Shown: piece by piece, positions 51,641 to 64,000 of the stretch
How positions within the stretch are numbered: position 1 is the stretch's first letter
Layout of the letters: every line of letters begins with the position of its first letter
NCBI RefSeq assembly: GCF_004010195.1
Contig: NC_057752.1
Span: 6,274,044-6,338,043, forward strand
Direction: 5' to 3'
From: Chiloscyllium plagiosum
Lineage: Eukaryota
Length of the DNA: 64,000 bases
Made by a program: the position numbers and the translations under genes
The notes under the pieces: generated by a model
Databases searched by the model: none
Seen by the model: only the letters and a program-made list of their open reading frames with translations
Told to the model about the DNA's origin: nothing

Positions 51641-53224
51641 TTGCTGAACTATGTGAATAATGTGCCTTCAATTCAGTGAGTGCTGAGGTTCACTACAGCA
51701 GTGGTTCACAATCGCTTCAGTATCATGGCGCACTGCAATGACACAAACAATTCCACTTTTATCAAACCACCTGGACAGTATCAGAAATCTTCGGCACTTG
51801 TATGTGTGCAGTCGATCAGGGCACTTGGTGTCAGCCTTCAGTAAGGGATACTGGGGTTCCGGAGGAGATCGAAAGCACAGACGCTGCCTCAACGCTCAGG
51901 TAAAGTGACGCTGCTTCCTGAAAAGCTTGTGGCACCTTTCATACCTTGTTGCAGCACACTGGTTCAAAACCACTGCACTAGAAGATCCCTTCTGGGGAGA
52001 TGCACTACAGAGAGGGCCTTGTCTCCAGGAAGGGACACTCTATGGCATGCCCGGTAAAGAATATAGGGTACAAATGGCCTGAATAGTGTTCACAGAGCAA
52101 ACTGATGTGAGCTTCATGTAGCCGTATCATGCTGTCAGGAGTCAGTTTTACTTCATTGCTGAAAAGCAGCCTACACCCATGGCACACCTCAGCAGTCACA
52201 GCAGTCTGCTGTCAAAGAGCCAATAATACTGTGAACCAGGCCTTGTTTCACTGAGGTCATTCAATGAATATTGTTTCAATGGCAAAGGGCCAGGCTTCCT
52301 GAGAACAGGGCCTACAAGGCCTGTTGCCCATGACAACTATGTTATCTGCCTTCAGAATCAGCTCTAAGTTTGCAAGCGAGAGCCCTGAATCAGAGGTGTC
52401 TTCCTTTCGTGTGTTTGGAGTCTATATGACTCTCTCATAGTTCTGCCCTGGTTTCTAACCTGTTCAAACAATGCCATTGGTTTCCACACTGAGTGTTGGC
52501 CTCTTCCCCAGAAGCTCTGGTCAGTTCATGCGCAGGAAGCTGAAATGTTTCAGAACGAAAATATTCAAAAACAGCTTGTGCCTCATCTGCCCCTTTTCTT
52601 GGTGAATGAACATGGTGAGGCCTACACAAACAGACAAACAAGTAGCTTTTATAGTTCAGGCCCAGCCTATGCACACACCACCTCCACCCAATCGGCAATA
52701 AAGTAGGCCCTGTGTCCTACTGCTTGCTTCTTGCCACAGAAAAATATGGAACCACGCCTGGCCAAGAGAGGAAACAGAAAGAACATTCATCGCCGTCAGG
52801 GCAGAAGCAGAAGCGCGCAAAGCCAAAAATAACAGCCTGAGCCATCACTGGCATTCCTTGTATAAAATGGTTCACCTTGAAGTATGCTGGGATGAAAATG
52901 GGCAGTGTGAAAGAATGCCATATGAAGCTGGATCGCTCAAAGAGGCCACTGTTTAAAGCACTCGAGCAGGATTTGTTAAGCCCGAATGGTTACGTGTGAC
53001 AAGGTTATTTCTCTTTTTAAGCTACTTAAGAAAAACTATGAATAAAAAGAAATGTATTCATGTCCTATCCTGGTCCATCTCTCTCATTAACAGAAACATT
53101 GGCATAGTGGTTATGTTACAAGACTAATAATCCAGAGACATGCATTCAGACTGTAGTGAGCCATTTAAATGTACCTCATGAAATAAATTTAGAACGAAAA
53201 GATACTGTCTATAACGGTCTTACA

Positions 53225-53582
53225 CCAGGAGTTAAAGCACAAAAATCTGCATTGACGCTCCAGTGCAGGTACTATGGGCATGCTTTTGGATAAGATGTTA
53301 AACTGAGACCCCCTGTCTGACCTCTCAAATGGCTGTAAAAAGATCCCGTGACACTGTTACAAAAAAAACCTAGAGAGTTTTCACCGGTGTCCAGGCCAAT
53401 ATTAATCCCTCACAAAAACAGTTGACCTGGTCATTATCACATTGCTGTTTGTGGGAGCTTTTTGTGCATAAATTAGCCACTGTGTTTCCTACATGAAGTG
53501 ACTACACTTCAGAAGATACTTAATCGAGTGTATATTGCTTTGGGATGTCTAGTGGAAAGGTGCTATATAAATGCAAGTACCT
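53225..53582 (+). mobile_element. Deu-domain SINE (SacSINE1-like)
   Basis: ggataagatgttaaactgagacccc...tgtaaaaagatccc...cacattgctgtttgtgggagc...tatataaatgcaag. Confidence 0.7.
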
Positions 53583-53791
53583 CTTTTTAATTCACTGCAG
53601 GATAGAACTAGCTCCTGTCCAAGTTTTGTTTTATTTCAATGGAAATCCAGGCTAATGCTCACTTAACACGGTATGGTCCAGTCCTGATATCAGCTTTTTG
53701 TCGGGCCTCCCTCATTCTATATTTATAAAGTGGGGTCTCCTGGCAGAATTGTCATGAAGTTAGGGATATTGCTGTCAGCAGTAATATCCCA

Positions 53792-54105
53792 AGGTACGGT
53801 GGCTCAGTGGTTAGCACTGCAGCCTCACAGCACTAGGGACCCAGGTTCGATTCCAGCCTTGGGTGGCTGTCTGTGTGGAGTTTGCACCATCTCCCCGTGT
53901 CTGTGTGGGTTTCCTCCGGGTGCTCCGGTTTCCTCCCACAGTCCAAAGATGTGCAGGTCAGGTGAATTGGCCATGCTGAATTGCCCGTAGAGTTAGGTAC
54001 ATTAGTCAGAGGGAAATGGGTCTGGGTGGGTTACTCTTCGGAGGGTCGGTGTGAACTGGTTGGGCCAAAGGGCCTGTTTCCACACTGTAGGGAATCTAAT
54101 CAAAT
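53792..54105 (+). mobile_element. HE1-type V-SINE
   Basis: Head, V-domain and tail present. Confidence 0.9.
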
Positions 54106-54299
54106 CCAGGACTTGTGACTGGCAGCATGGTTCGAGCCAAAACTACAGATAGGGTGACTCGGAGCCTCTGACAGTATATGGAGAAGCAGGAAGTGGAAAT
54201 GGAGCAGGGGGAGAGCTCCTGAAGACCTAGTCCAACAGTCTGGACAGTATCCCCAATTTGAGAAGCCCCATGGACATAATGATTCCTTTTGTGACTGGG

Positions 54300-54870
54300 T
54301 ACTTATAGAAAACCTTGGTTAGACCTCGCTTAGAGTATTGGGAGCAGAACTAGGCACCAAACTTTAAGAAGGATATATTGGCCTTGGAGGGAGTACAAAG
54401 TAGGTTTACAAGAATAATACCTGGACTTCACAGATTAAGTTGAGGAGTGATTGTGCAAATTAGGGCTTTTTTTTTCTAGAATTTAGAAGGTTAAGGGGTG
54501 ATCTGATTGAGGTCTTCAAGATATTAACAGGAAAAGACAGGGTAGATTAAGATAAACTATTTCCTCTGGTTGGGGATTCTAGAACTAAGGGACATAGTCT
54601 GAGAATTAGGGCCAGACCATTCAGGAGAGATGTTAGCAAGCACTTCTACACACAGAGGGTGGTAGAGGTTTGGAACTCTCTTCCACCAACAGCAGTTGAT
54701 GCTAGATTAGTTGTTAATTTTAAATCTGAGATAGATAAATTTTTGTTAAGCAAAAGTATTAAGGGACGTGGGCCAAAGACAGGTATATGGAGTTCGGCCA
54801 CAGATCAGCCATGATCTCAGTGAATGACAGAACAGACTCAAAGGGCTGAATGGCCTACTCCTGTTCCTCT
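54300..54870 (+). mobile_element. CR1 LINE 3' fragment
   Basis: ggccttggagggagtacaaagtaggtttacaaga...gggctgaatggcctactcctgttcct 3' end. Confidence 0.85.
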
Positions 54871-54885
54871 GTAAACTGGTTGATA

Positions 54886-55240
54886 TAGTCATAGAGTCAT
54901 AGATGTACAGCATGGAAACAGACCCTTCGGTCCAACCCGTCCATGCCGACCAGATATCCCAACCCAATCTAGTCCCACCTGCCAGCACCCGGCCCATATC
55001 TCTCCAAACCCTTCCTATTCATATACCCATCCAAATACCTCTTAAATGTTGCAATTGTACCAGCTTCCGCCACTTCCTCTGGCAGCTCATTCCATACACG
55101 TACCACCCTCTGTGTGAAAAAGTTGCCCCGTAGGTTTCTTTTATATCGTTCCCCTCTCACCCTAAACCTGTGCCATCTAGTTCTGGACTCCCCAACTCCA
55201 GGGAAAAGACTTTGCCTATATACCCTATCCATGTCCCTCA
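54886..55240 (-). mobile_element. CR1/HER1 3' end (young)
   Basis: RQSLFPGVGESRTR...WNELPEEVAEAG; near-identical to copies at 9238 and 59641. Confidence 0.92.
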
Positions 55241-58035
55241 TATGGTCAAGGAAAACTAGCAATAGGAGCTCCATCAACAGAACTCTGTTAACTGGCCATG
55301 ATTATCCATTGCAAACAGTCTGTTCCTCTAAGTTAAGCTTCTCCATCAATGGTTATAAAATTCTGATACCAGTGGAAGGAACAAAGTACCTGATGCTTTC
55401 TGGTAATGACAAATCACAAGGTAGCCATCCAGACAAGCTACAATGACCATTTGTTTCCAAGATAGTTCATCAACAATCATTCTTCCCAAAGACAGTCCCA
55501 CAATGGAACAAGCTGCCAAAGGAAATAGTCACAGCCCCACTGCTTGAAATCTTCAGAACCCATGTTTAGATTATTTCCAGTTATGAATTTTAATTATCAT
55601 GAGCACCATCTCAGCAGGTCCTGCCTGGTTTAGCCAGAACTCGCCATATAAATGTTGGCGGAATATGGATATCAGACTGTGACGCCAACATGGCGAAAGC
55701 ATCTGACTAGAGATATGATGGAGGATTTTTAAGACTTTCCCAATCTTCCAATGAACACAAAGCTTCTCAGTCCACAGCCAGGCCTATTCCTTGGGCCTGG
55801 GAAAAGCTGTCCAGCAACAAATCACCTCAATTGAATACTGGGGCAGTGATATGAGGATTTTCTTTAAACATGGAGAACTGACAGACATCATCGAGGCGAT
55901 TAACTTGAATCTTTGTACAAATATCATGAGAATTTAAAGGCATTTCTCCAAAACGGACGAAAGTTTTAGATGTAGGAGAGGTGGGGTGGGGGGTGGGAGA
56001 GAGAGAGAGAATAGTATCCTATGTCAATTGGGAAAAAGAAAATCAAAAACTTTGAAAAGAAAACCTCAAATTTCCTGTCCCTGACACAATTCTGCCATTT
56101 TGGTTCTCTTTCCCTTCAGAGGGATTTCAGTGATGTCACTTTAGGCTGTTCTGCTGAACAATTGTGTACCACAACTCCATTTTCCTGCCTTTGCTGCATA
56201 CTCCGTGACACCCTTATTCAACAAATATCTGTCAATAACAGCTTTGAAAGCACCAATTGAAACCTCCCATTCTGACCTCTTGAGCATCCCTCAATTTCCA
56301 TTGTTCAAGCACTGGTGACTGTGCCTTCAGCTGCTGAGTACCTGAAGTTCTGGAATTCCTTCCATACACCTCTCCAACTCTATCCTTCTTTAAGAGACTC
56401 AGCTGTCTTAATGCCTTTTTCCATGGCTCGGTGCCATCCATTCTTTGATAGAGCTCAATTCAATTCAATTCAATTAGCTTTATTGTCACATGTACTCAAA
56501 TGAATACAGTGAAAAGGTTACAGTTGCTACATAACAGCACCATATCTGCGAAATATCATGGGACATTTCACTGTATTAGAGGTGCAACTTAAAAGCAAGT
56601 TGTTGTTGTGCCCTCTCTCCATCATGTTGCCATGTTGGCAGAGTGCAGTGAGGGAAGGCAGCAGTATCCCAGCATCCGTGGCACAGGGGGAAAACTCAAC
56701 TGCGGCCCATTTGCAGTCCGAAGCTCAGAGTGTCAGGAATGCCAGCCCATGCAAAACATCCGAGAGAAAAGCCTGCAAACAAGACACTGGTTTACCAACT
56801 GACATAGCAATGACAACACTAGTGTCCACTGAAGGTGAAGGTTAAGCCTGTCAGAGCAGCTCCGAATGGGAAATATGCTTTGAATGGCCACAAATCTGTA
56901 TGTAACAATCAGTGACTGTGACAGGCCCAACTTATGCTTTCCTATGTGCTAATCTGAGATTTGATGTTGAGTATGGCATCTGTAACCTTCCACTTTGTTA
57001 ACTATTGAGGGACACAATTTGCAGTAGTGCTGTGGACAGATTTAGATTTATATTTACATTGAGATTTTATTGTCATGTGTACTCAAGTACGGGGTACTGG
57101 AGTACAGTGAAAAGTGCACAATGTCGCCACACAGTGCCATCTGAGGTACAAAGCACTGAGGTACAAAATCTTAGTTACAGAAGTAGAAAAGTAAAGAGAT
57201 AAGTTAAAAAGTTCAGCGCTACAGTTTTCTTAGTATAAAAATAAAGAAATAAAGTTAAAAAGTCAAACATCACAGTCCTTTCTTAAGCCATGGGCCTGCA
57301 TACACACCAAGAAGACTGTGTCAGTTTACTGCCAATGTCTATCTGCATTAGGTAGTAACTGGTCCAAAAAAGTGCAGGAGAGTGGCTTTGATGTGAGGAT
57401 GCCACCCAACATCAGCATGGGGTTTTATGGCAAGTCCCACTCACGGCCATTGCATTTATTGAGAGAAGACTTTCTGACTGAAATCAAAAATTGGAAAGTG
57501 GCAAAAACCCCAGGTGAGTGTTTCACAAACTTTTTTTGAAGGCAAAATCCTAGTACACAACAAATCAGACCGGTCAAAGCCAGAATGGTTCACCCATGGT
57601 TTGATTGAAGGCTGGAGATTCTACTACTCCAAAGCACTGATCACGGACAAAGAGACTGCCCGATTTGTGCTGCTTCAAGGAATGACAGTAACTGGCACAA
57701 TTAGTGCCCATGGTGCATCAAAATGGTATCCGCAGTGCATATATTAACACACACACACACACACACAAACTTGTGGGACGAATTATGCCGAATGCCATAT
57801 TAGTTCGCAGCAAATGTCTGCTGGAATATAGAGAGCAACAGATTGTGGCACCAATCAGCAAAGCTGGTATGCTGCCTGCATTGCAATGAATGGACAAAGT
57901 CTGAAATGGGCACCATGCCCACTTTCAAAAGCTAACCAATTTAGCTCTCAGGCAGTTGTCAGTCCTCAAGGACAAGCAGCACCACCTACTGGCCTGACTA
58001 TATGACAGGCAGCAGAAACTCAAACCTGGGAGAAA

Positions 58036-58238
58036 TGATTTGGAGATGCCTGTGTTGGATTGGGGTGTACAAAGTTAAAAATTGCACAACACCAGGTTAT
58101 AGTCCAACAGGTTTAATTGGAAGTACTAGCTTTCGGAGTGCTGCTCCTTCACCATCTGATGAAGGAGCAACACTCCGAAAGCTAGTGCTCCCAGTTAAAC
58201 CTGTTGGACTATAACCTAGTATTGTTTGATTTTTAACT
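58036..58238. mobile_element. Fold-back (palindromic) Penelope-like non-autonomous element
   Basis: 79-bp imperfect inverted arms 58073-58151 and 58160-58238; hammerhead core on the plus strand. Confidence 0.7.
58153..58187 (+). ncRNA. Minimal type I hammerhead ribozyme-like motif with intact core
   Basis: CAT-CTGATGA-A-GGAG-CAACA-CTCC-GAAA-GCT-A-GTG: stem I CAU/GUG, stem II GGAG/CUCC, palindromic AGCU in place of stem III, putative cleavage after A58184. Expression and activity unknown. Confidence 0.55.
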
Positions 58239-59639
58239 AGGAGAGAAAGAAAGGCATGACACTCAATCGCTCGCTCTCTCAAAGTATTCTTTCTCTGGCA
58301 TTTGTCTGGCTTCCATAACTGGTGGCCGTGTCTTCAGTTGTCTGGCCCCTGAAGCTTTAGAATTCCCTCCCTAAAAAACTCCACCTTTCCTCATTTAAAA
58401 CACTCCATAAGAACTACCTCTTTTGTCCTAAAACCTCTTAATGTGGCTTGGTGTTAAATTTTGTTTTAATAATGATCTTGTGAAGAGCCACACATCATCT
58501 TGTACATGCCCAGAAGCCAATTTAACTCCCTCAGTGGATTTAACCCCTCCCCCCACACCCAGCCAAAGCTGACTTGAGATATCCACAGTGACATGCACAT
58601 GTCTTTTGCAGATCATTATAAAAATGTGTCTGTATTTGACAGGATCTATCAAAGCTTCTGAAGTTGCTGCAGCAGGAAATGTGGGGGCAGCCTTGGCAGA
58701 AATGTTCTATGTCCCAGCATCTACAGTTTCACTGTAAAGCTGGCCTCATTCCAGAGTGAAACTGGCCCTCAGCATTTCAGGATGGAATGGGAAAAGAGCT
58801 AAGAAGGAACAAGGTGCTCAGTGTCACAAGTTTTCACAAACTCAGACACACCCTTCCTCACTTTCACAATTATGCTCACTCACTCACACACTCTCAAAGC
58901 TGTAGTCACAATCATGGGGAAACTCTCTCAGCCGTAACAATTCCATCTCTCACATTTAAGCATCACTAGGCCATGTATCCAGCTCAGTCACATACTGTTG
59001 TTGTGGGAATAATGACGGCAGCAAAAGACCTCAGGACTGCAGACAAAATGCTCCCTTCCTGAGCAAGGCATGACGTTGGTGAAATTATGTCAAAACAGTC
59101 TTTTACTATTTTGGTGCAAACTATAAGCAGACTCAGAGAAACAGAGGGATATTCTTGAACCGAAAACAATTACGAATGTTGCTGAAAACTCCCTTCTTAG
59201 GCTAGTCGTCGCCCTTTAATTGTTTGTGTGGCTTTGTGCTACCAGATGGCAGGATGTGCAAAGCAGTCAGGAGCAGAACTTAGATTGTATTTAATGGGCC
59301 TATTCCTGCTTCAGCTCAATGTCAAGTCTGATATGACACAACAACTGGTATGTGTGACATTTAAAGTACGAGCTTGGAGCCAGGACCTGGAGTAGTTAAA
59401 GTTCAGTGTGGCCAGGGGGACAAGGTAGGTGGGAGCAAATTGGCGTCCCCCACCAAGATGGTAAGGAGCATTGGACAAGGTGTAGGGCAGTGGATTTGCT
59501 AGTTTTTTTTTGCGTCCCCTCTATGTTCAGGGGTCGTGCTACTTTAACCCTACTGAATTGAGAAGGTCCTTGGCGCAAACTTACATGGCCATTTTGCTGG
59601 TGGTACTCCTCTGTTTAACCCCCCCCTGCCATGGGCATT

Positions 59640-60120
59640 TAGAGTCATAGAGTCATAGAGATGTACAGCATGGAAACAGACCCTTCGATCCAACCCGTCC
59701 ATGCCGACCAGATATCCCAACCCAATCTAGTCCCACCTGCCAGCACCCGGCCCATATCTCTCCAAACCCTTCCTATTCATATACCCATCCAAATACCTCT
59801 TAAATGTTGCAATTGTACCAGCCTCCACCACTTCCTCTGGCAGCTCATTCCATACACGTACCACCCTTTGTGTGAAAAAGTTGCCCCATGGGTCTCTTTT
59901 ATATCTTTCCCCTCTCACCCTAAACCTATGCCCTCTAGTTCTGGACTCCCGACCCCAGGGAAAAGACTTTGCCTATTTACCCTATCCATGCCCCTCATAA
60001 TTTTGTGACGCTCCAGGGAAAACAGCCCCAGCCTGTTCAGCCTCTCCCTATAGTTCAAATCCTCCAACCCTGGCAACATCCTTGTAATTCTTTTCTGAAC
60101 CCTTTCAAGTTTCACAACAT
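59640..60120 (-). mobile_element. CR1/HER1 3' end (young)
   Basis: KLERVQKRITRMLPGLEDLNYRERLNRLGLFSLE...; (ctctatga)n tail on the minus strand. Confidence 0.92.
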
Positions 60121-63100
60121 TTGTGAAGGAAATTCAGGCAGGAAGGCCAGGAGTGTCCCTTCCTTCATGCCCCCAGCCCAACATTGGTTCCCTAGCAACG
60201 CTGGGCCTGTATCTACTGCTGGTTCAAGCCAGGGTTTTCCATCAGGAAAGATGCCGTGGACCCTAGGGGAGCTCAGTGGGATTAATGTGGCAGAGTTCCA
60301 CCAACCAACCATCTCAGTACCTCACGGCCCTTGGCTAACAGCCAGGCATCAACTGTTTCTGGCTGAAGCTCCATTTGTGCTGGTGGCTCAGTGGGTACCA
60401 CTCTCCCCTCCAAGGCAACGGGTCATGGGTTCAAATCCCACTTGAAAGACTTGAGCACCGAGATTCAGTCTGGCAGCTCAATGAGGGAGTGTGATGGTAT
60501 TTGAGGTGCCTTTTCATTGACAGTATTTAATTGGCTGTAAAGTGCAGGGGAGGTCCTGAGGATGGGCAAGGCGTTATCTGAGGCCAGACGAAGGGCAGTT
60601 TAAAAGCAAGAGGTGGTGGGGGTGTTGAAAGGTCTCAACACATGGAATGTAGTTTGGGCATTGGGGAGTGGGTGTACTGTGTCTCCAACCAGGAGGAAGT
60701 TCAGGCGTGTACTCATTGTGGTTTCCCAAAGTGAACGCCTGTGTTTTTGCAGCGGAGGCTTTGCACTGGGAACCAGGAAACCAGCCAAAGAGCCGGGTAT
60801 CGAGGAATAGTTGGGCTGTGGTGCCATGAGTTCCTGCAGAGAGTGAAATGCCATATTACAGCCCCAAAGCCAGATCAAAGGAAACCACAAGCAGAGGAGT
60901 AAATCTGAGGGAGTCAAATAAAGACTATATTCCAGATATGAGTAAGCTAAGTTTAAGCAGAGGAAATGCGTTGCTTTGAAACCTCAGAACATCATTCAGT
61001 GATTCCCAAGCTTTTTGAGCTAATTTTGGTGTTGCACTCCAATGCCAACCGTGGGTGCCAAATATAAACTGGCTGCCAAGTGGCATCATGCTGGCATGGT
61101 GAAATGTGAGCTCAATTGAGGGACTGCTGCGTATAAATGGAGAGGGCACTGGAGCTCAAACGGCACCTAACAAAGCAGGTCTCTTTTGCTAAAGATGCTA
61201 TCTAAACATTTGTTGTTGATATATGGGAGGGGCTCTGATAACCTGAGCACATCACAACACGAGCAGCATTAACTGACCTCACATACCTTTCAGTGCAGCT
61301 CAGGCCACATTAAGGATTTGCAGGGTGTGGTAGGCTTCGCAAAGTAAGTTGGCAAAGTCTTACATTAAGGGCTGGTCTGCCCTAACTAAAGTCACAGTCT
61401 ATATCAATGCAGAACCCTGAAGAAAGCAAGTAAAAGACCAGCTTGCATTTCAATAGCACCTTTCATGACCTTGAGATGTCCCGAAAGGCTTCCCAGCTAA
61501 GAAAGGACCTTTTCTCGCCAGGTGTACTTGCTATTATAGAGTAGGGAGTTAGTTAGTTCAGTTGGCTGGTTTCCAATGCGGAATGGCACCAACAGCATGG
61601 GTTCACTTCCTGCACTGGCTCAGGTTACTATGGTGGACTCAACCTCTCCCCTGTCCTGATGTGTGGAAGCGACTACAGAATGGCTACACCAAACAGAAAG
61701 AGGCCATTCATCCCATCATGTCCACACTGGCTCAGTGCAAGAGCAACTTTTGCAAGCTCTTTGCCCTTAGTCCTGCAGCTTTATGGGGGACGATCTCAGG
61801 AGAATGCAAGGTGATCCAGTTATCCTTTCTGGGTGCAGATTACTGCAGGCCGCATTATAAAGCAGGACATTGAATATAAAGCAGGAGAAGCGTGCCCAGA
61901 CACTCACCAACACTTTTCGGCTTCATCCCAAGCAGCAGGATGGGGAAAAGGGAACAAAGGGAGGATGACACCTGGAAAAGCCATTGCGAAGTTTATAAAG
62001 ACAATTCCAATCCACATCCCTGCTCCTTTGAGAGTGGAGCTCTCTCACTGTGCTGTCCCCCCCCCACCCCACCCACACAGCAAGAAAAAAAGTCCCTTTC
62101 ACCCACCCCCACTCACTGGGACAGGGTGTTGCAATGTGAAGTTCTTTACAAGTGGACAGCTCCACTTAAAGTAAACAGTTTAGCAAATTAATCTTCCAAG
62201 CAAAACAGACATTTCCAAACTCCAGCTCATTTCCTGTTGACACCCACACTATTAATGCCAGAGGGTTTGCTGCAAATTCCTGCTAATTTCCAATTTTAGT
62301 TTGGAAAGAAGTCACAGGATTTGGACTTTCCCTCACATTCTAATAGTCACGGTCCATGCCCAAAGACAAGACACAGAAATGTAAACTACTAACATCTTTT
62401 CTCCACCCTATACCCACCACCACCCCGAACGATAGCATAAGTGCAGTCCTGCCACACTTCACGTCAGCTCTGATGAAGAGTTATCTAGACTCAAAACATT
62501 AGCTTGCTGTCTCCCCATGGATGCTGCCTGACCCGCTGTGCTCTCCAGCATTTGTTATTTTCGGTACAGATTCCAGCATCTGCAGTAATTTGTTCCAACA
62601 AGACATGAAGGCTGTTTAACATCCAGAATGCACTGGTTTATAGCTTTCAGTTGCTGTTGTTTGGAATACACTAAATATTTAGAGAAGAGAATCTCCCCTC
62701 ATAAATTATATATCAGTCATCTGAACAGATTCTCAGAGAAAAGGAGCCTGGGAAAAGTAATGAGACGTTTAAGCGTGTGGGGGGAGGATGTGTTCAAAGA
62801 TGAATCATGACAGAAATGAAAAGATTAAAAAGGCGAAGGCTATATCATCATGTTACAATTCAGTTGGTCCTTTCTTGTTTTTTTTACTTTAAGTTCAAGT
62901 TGGGGGCATTTTGCAAACAGGTATTTTTGTCCAGAGATTCTTTTAGAAATTGAACACACAGCATTATGTCATGAGTTATTGAGAGCGAATCCAGGGTTTT
63001 TGGATCCACTTGTCAATTTCAGTGAAACTGAAGCAGAACAGACTGGTCAGCCAAGATCTCTCCCCCAAGCACTCTGCCCTTTCTGAGAACATACTGACTG

Positions 63101-63393
63101 GTGTTTAATAGGATACATTCAGATAGTTAATCACAAACTTATTCTTGGCAATCAATTCCATTATTTTGCCAGTTTTTGACGCAAGACCAAAGATTGGACT
63201 TGTTCTGTTGTCTTTTTGTTTTAGAAATAGGCCTGTTTCCAATCCAGTGCCACGTCTTAACTCTTTCCTCACAACAGAGACAGGGCCTAGGTTTGCCATT
63301 GTTTTAATAAGACCCTGGTGATTTTTTTCTCGAGGACCATTGGTGTTGGACTGAGAGCAGGCAGCCTCTTAATCGCTTGACTGTAGCTAGTGG

Positions 63394-63688
63394 GTCCCAG
63401 CACCCCCTCCTTGAACATCCACTAGCTACAGGGACGAAAGTGAGTACTGCAGATGCTGGAGATTTGAGTCAAGAGTGTGGTGCTGGAAAAGCACAGCAGG
63501 TCAGGCAGCATCCAAGGAGCAGGAAAATCGACATTTTGGGCAAAAGCCCTTCATCAGGAATGCTCCTCGGATACTGCCTGACCTGCTGTGCTTTTCCAGC
63601 ACCACACTCTTGGCTCTAATCTCCAGTATCTGCTGTACTCACTTTCGCCCCTATAGCTAGTGGATGTTCAAGGAGGGGATGCTGGGAC
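63394..63688. repeat. 128-bp-arm inverted repeat with a hammerhead-like motif as its 39-nt loop
   Basis: Arms 63394-63521 and 63561-63688, 9 mismatches by eye. Loop on the minus strand: ttc-CTGATGA-A-GGGC-TTTT-GCCC-AAAA-TGTC-gattttcc. Confidence 0.9.
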
Positions 63689-63814
63689 ATTGTCAACAGA
63701 CACAATCTTAAAGTAACGGAAGCATTGAAGAAACCACATTAACATTTTTAAAACCTTCTCTCTAAGGATATGAGCACTATCAGCAAGGCCAGCATTTATT
63801 GCCCATCCCAATTG

Positions 63815-64000
63815 CCAGAGACGGTTCAGAAGAGATTTACCAGGATGTTGCCGGGTATGGAAGTGTTGAGTTCTACAGAAAGGCTAGATAGGCCGCGACC
63901 TTTTTCACTGAAGCACAGGAGGTTGAGAGGCAACCTGATGGAAGTTTATAAAATAATGAGAGACAGAGTTGATGGTAACTGTCTTTTCCATAAGATGGGG
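63815..64000 (+). mobile_element. CR1 ORF2 C-terminal fragment
   Basis: cggttcagaagagatttaccaggatgttgccggg encodes RVQKRFTRMLPG-like sequence. Confidence 0.8.

Noticed and set aside
20735..54105. tRNA-like A/B boxes
   Set aside because: All are SINE heads continuing into V- or Deu-domains; no complete cloverleaf tRNA gene seen.
56460..57290. Similar tttattgtca...gtactcaa...tacagtgaaaag segments at about 56478 and 57066
   Set aside because: Both are preceded by microsatellite-like tails and look like 3' ends of a dispersed retroelement, not a functional local duplication.

Overview
Vertebrate genomic DNA, almost certainly from a shark or other cartilaginous fish (HE1-type V-SINEs, HER1/CR1 LINE 3' ends and Deu-domain SINEs are abundant). 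The window is mostly intronic sequence from the 5' part of a minus-strand tensin gene, best matching TNS2. Two small coding exons (17301-17415 and 4848-4885) splice in frame to encode most of the N-terminal C1 zinc finger, and a plausible alternative first exon lies in a CpG-rich patch at about 34028-34200. Most of the rest is transposon debris: CR1 and L2 LINE fragments, SINEs, and a deleted Ty3/Gypsy LTR retrotransposon (about 11910-16005). A 621-N assembly gap lies at 9441-10061. Almost all ORFs in the supplied track are repeat-derived or spurious. The most interesting structure is: (i) eight minimal hammerhead-ribozyme-like motifs from several short Penelope-like repeat families, some in the loops of fold-back elements, one with an intact core; (ii) four copies of a poly(A)-tailed element stacked at one motif within the Gypsy LTR, suggesting site-specific targeting; (iii) a perfect 113-bp inverted duplication; and (iv) a fold-back tRNA-SINE flanked by a 10-bp target-site duplication. 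Repeat family names are from recognition, not database searches, and repeat boundaries are approximate.
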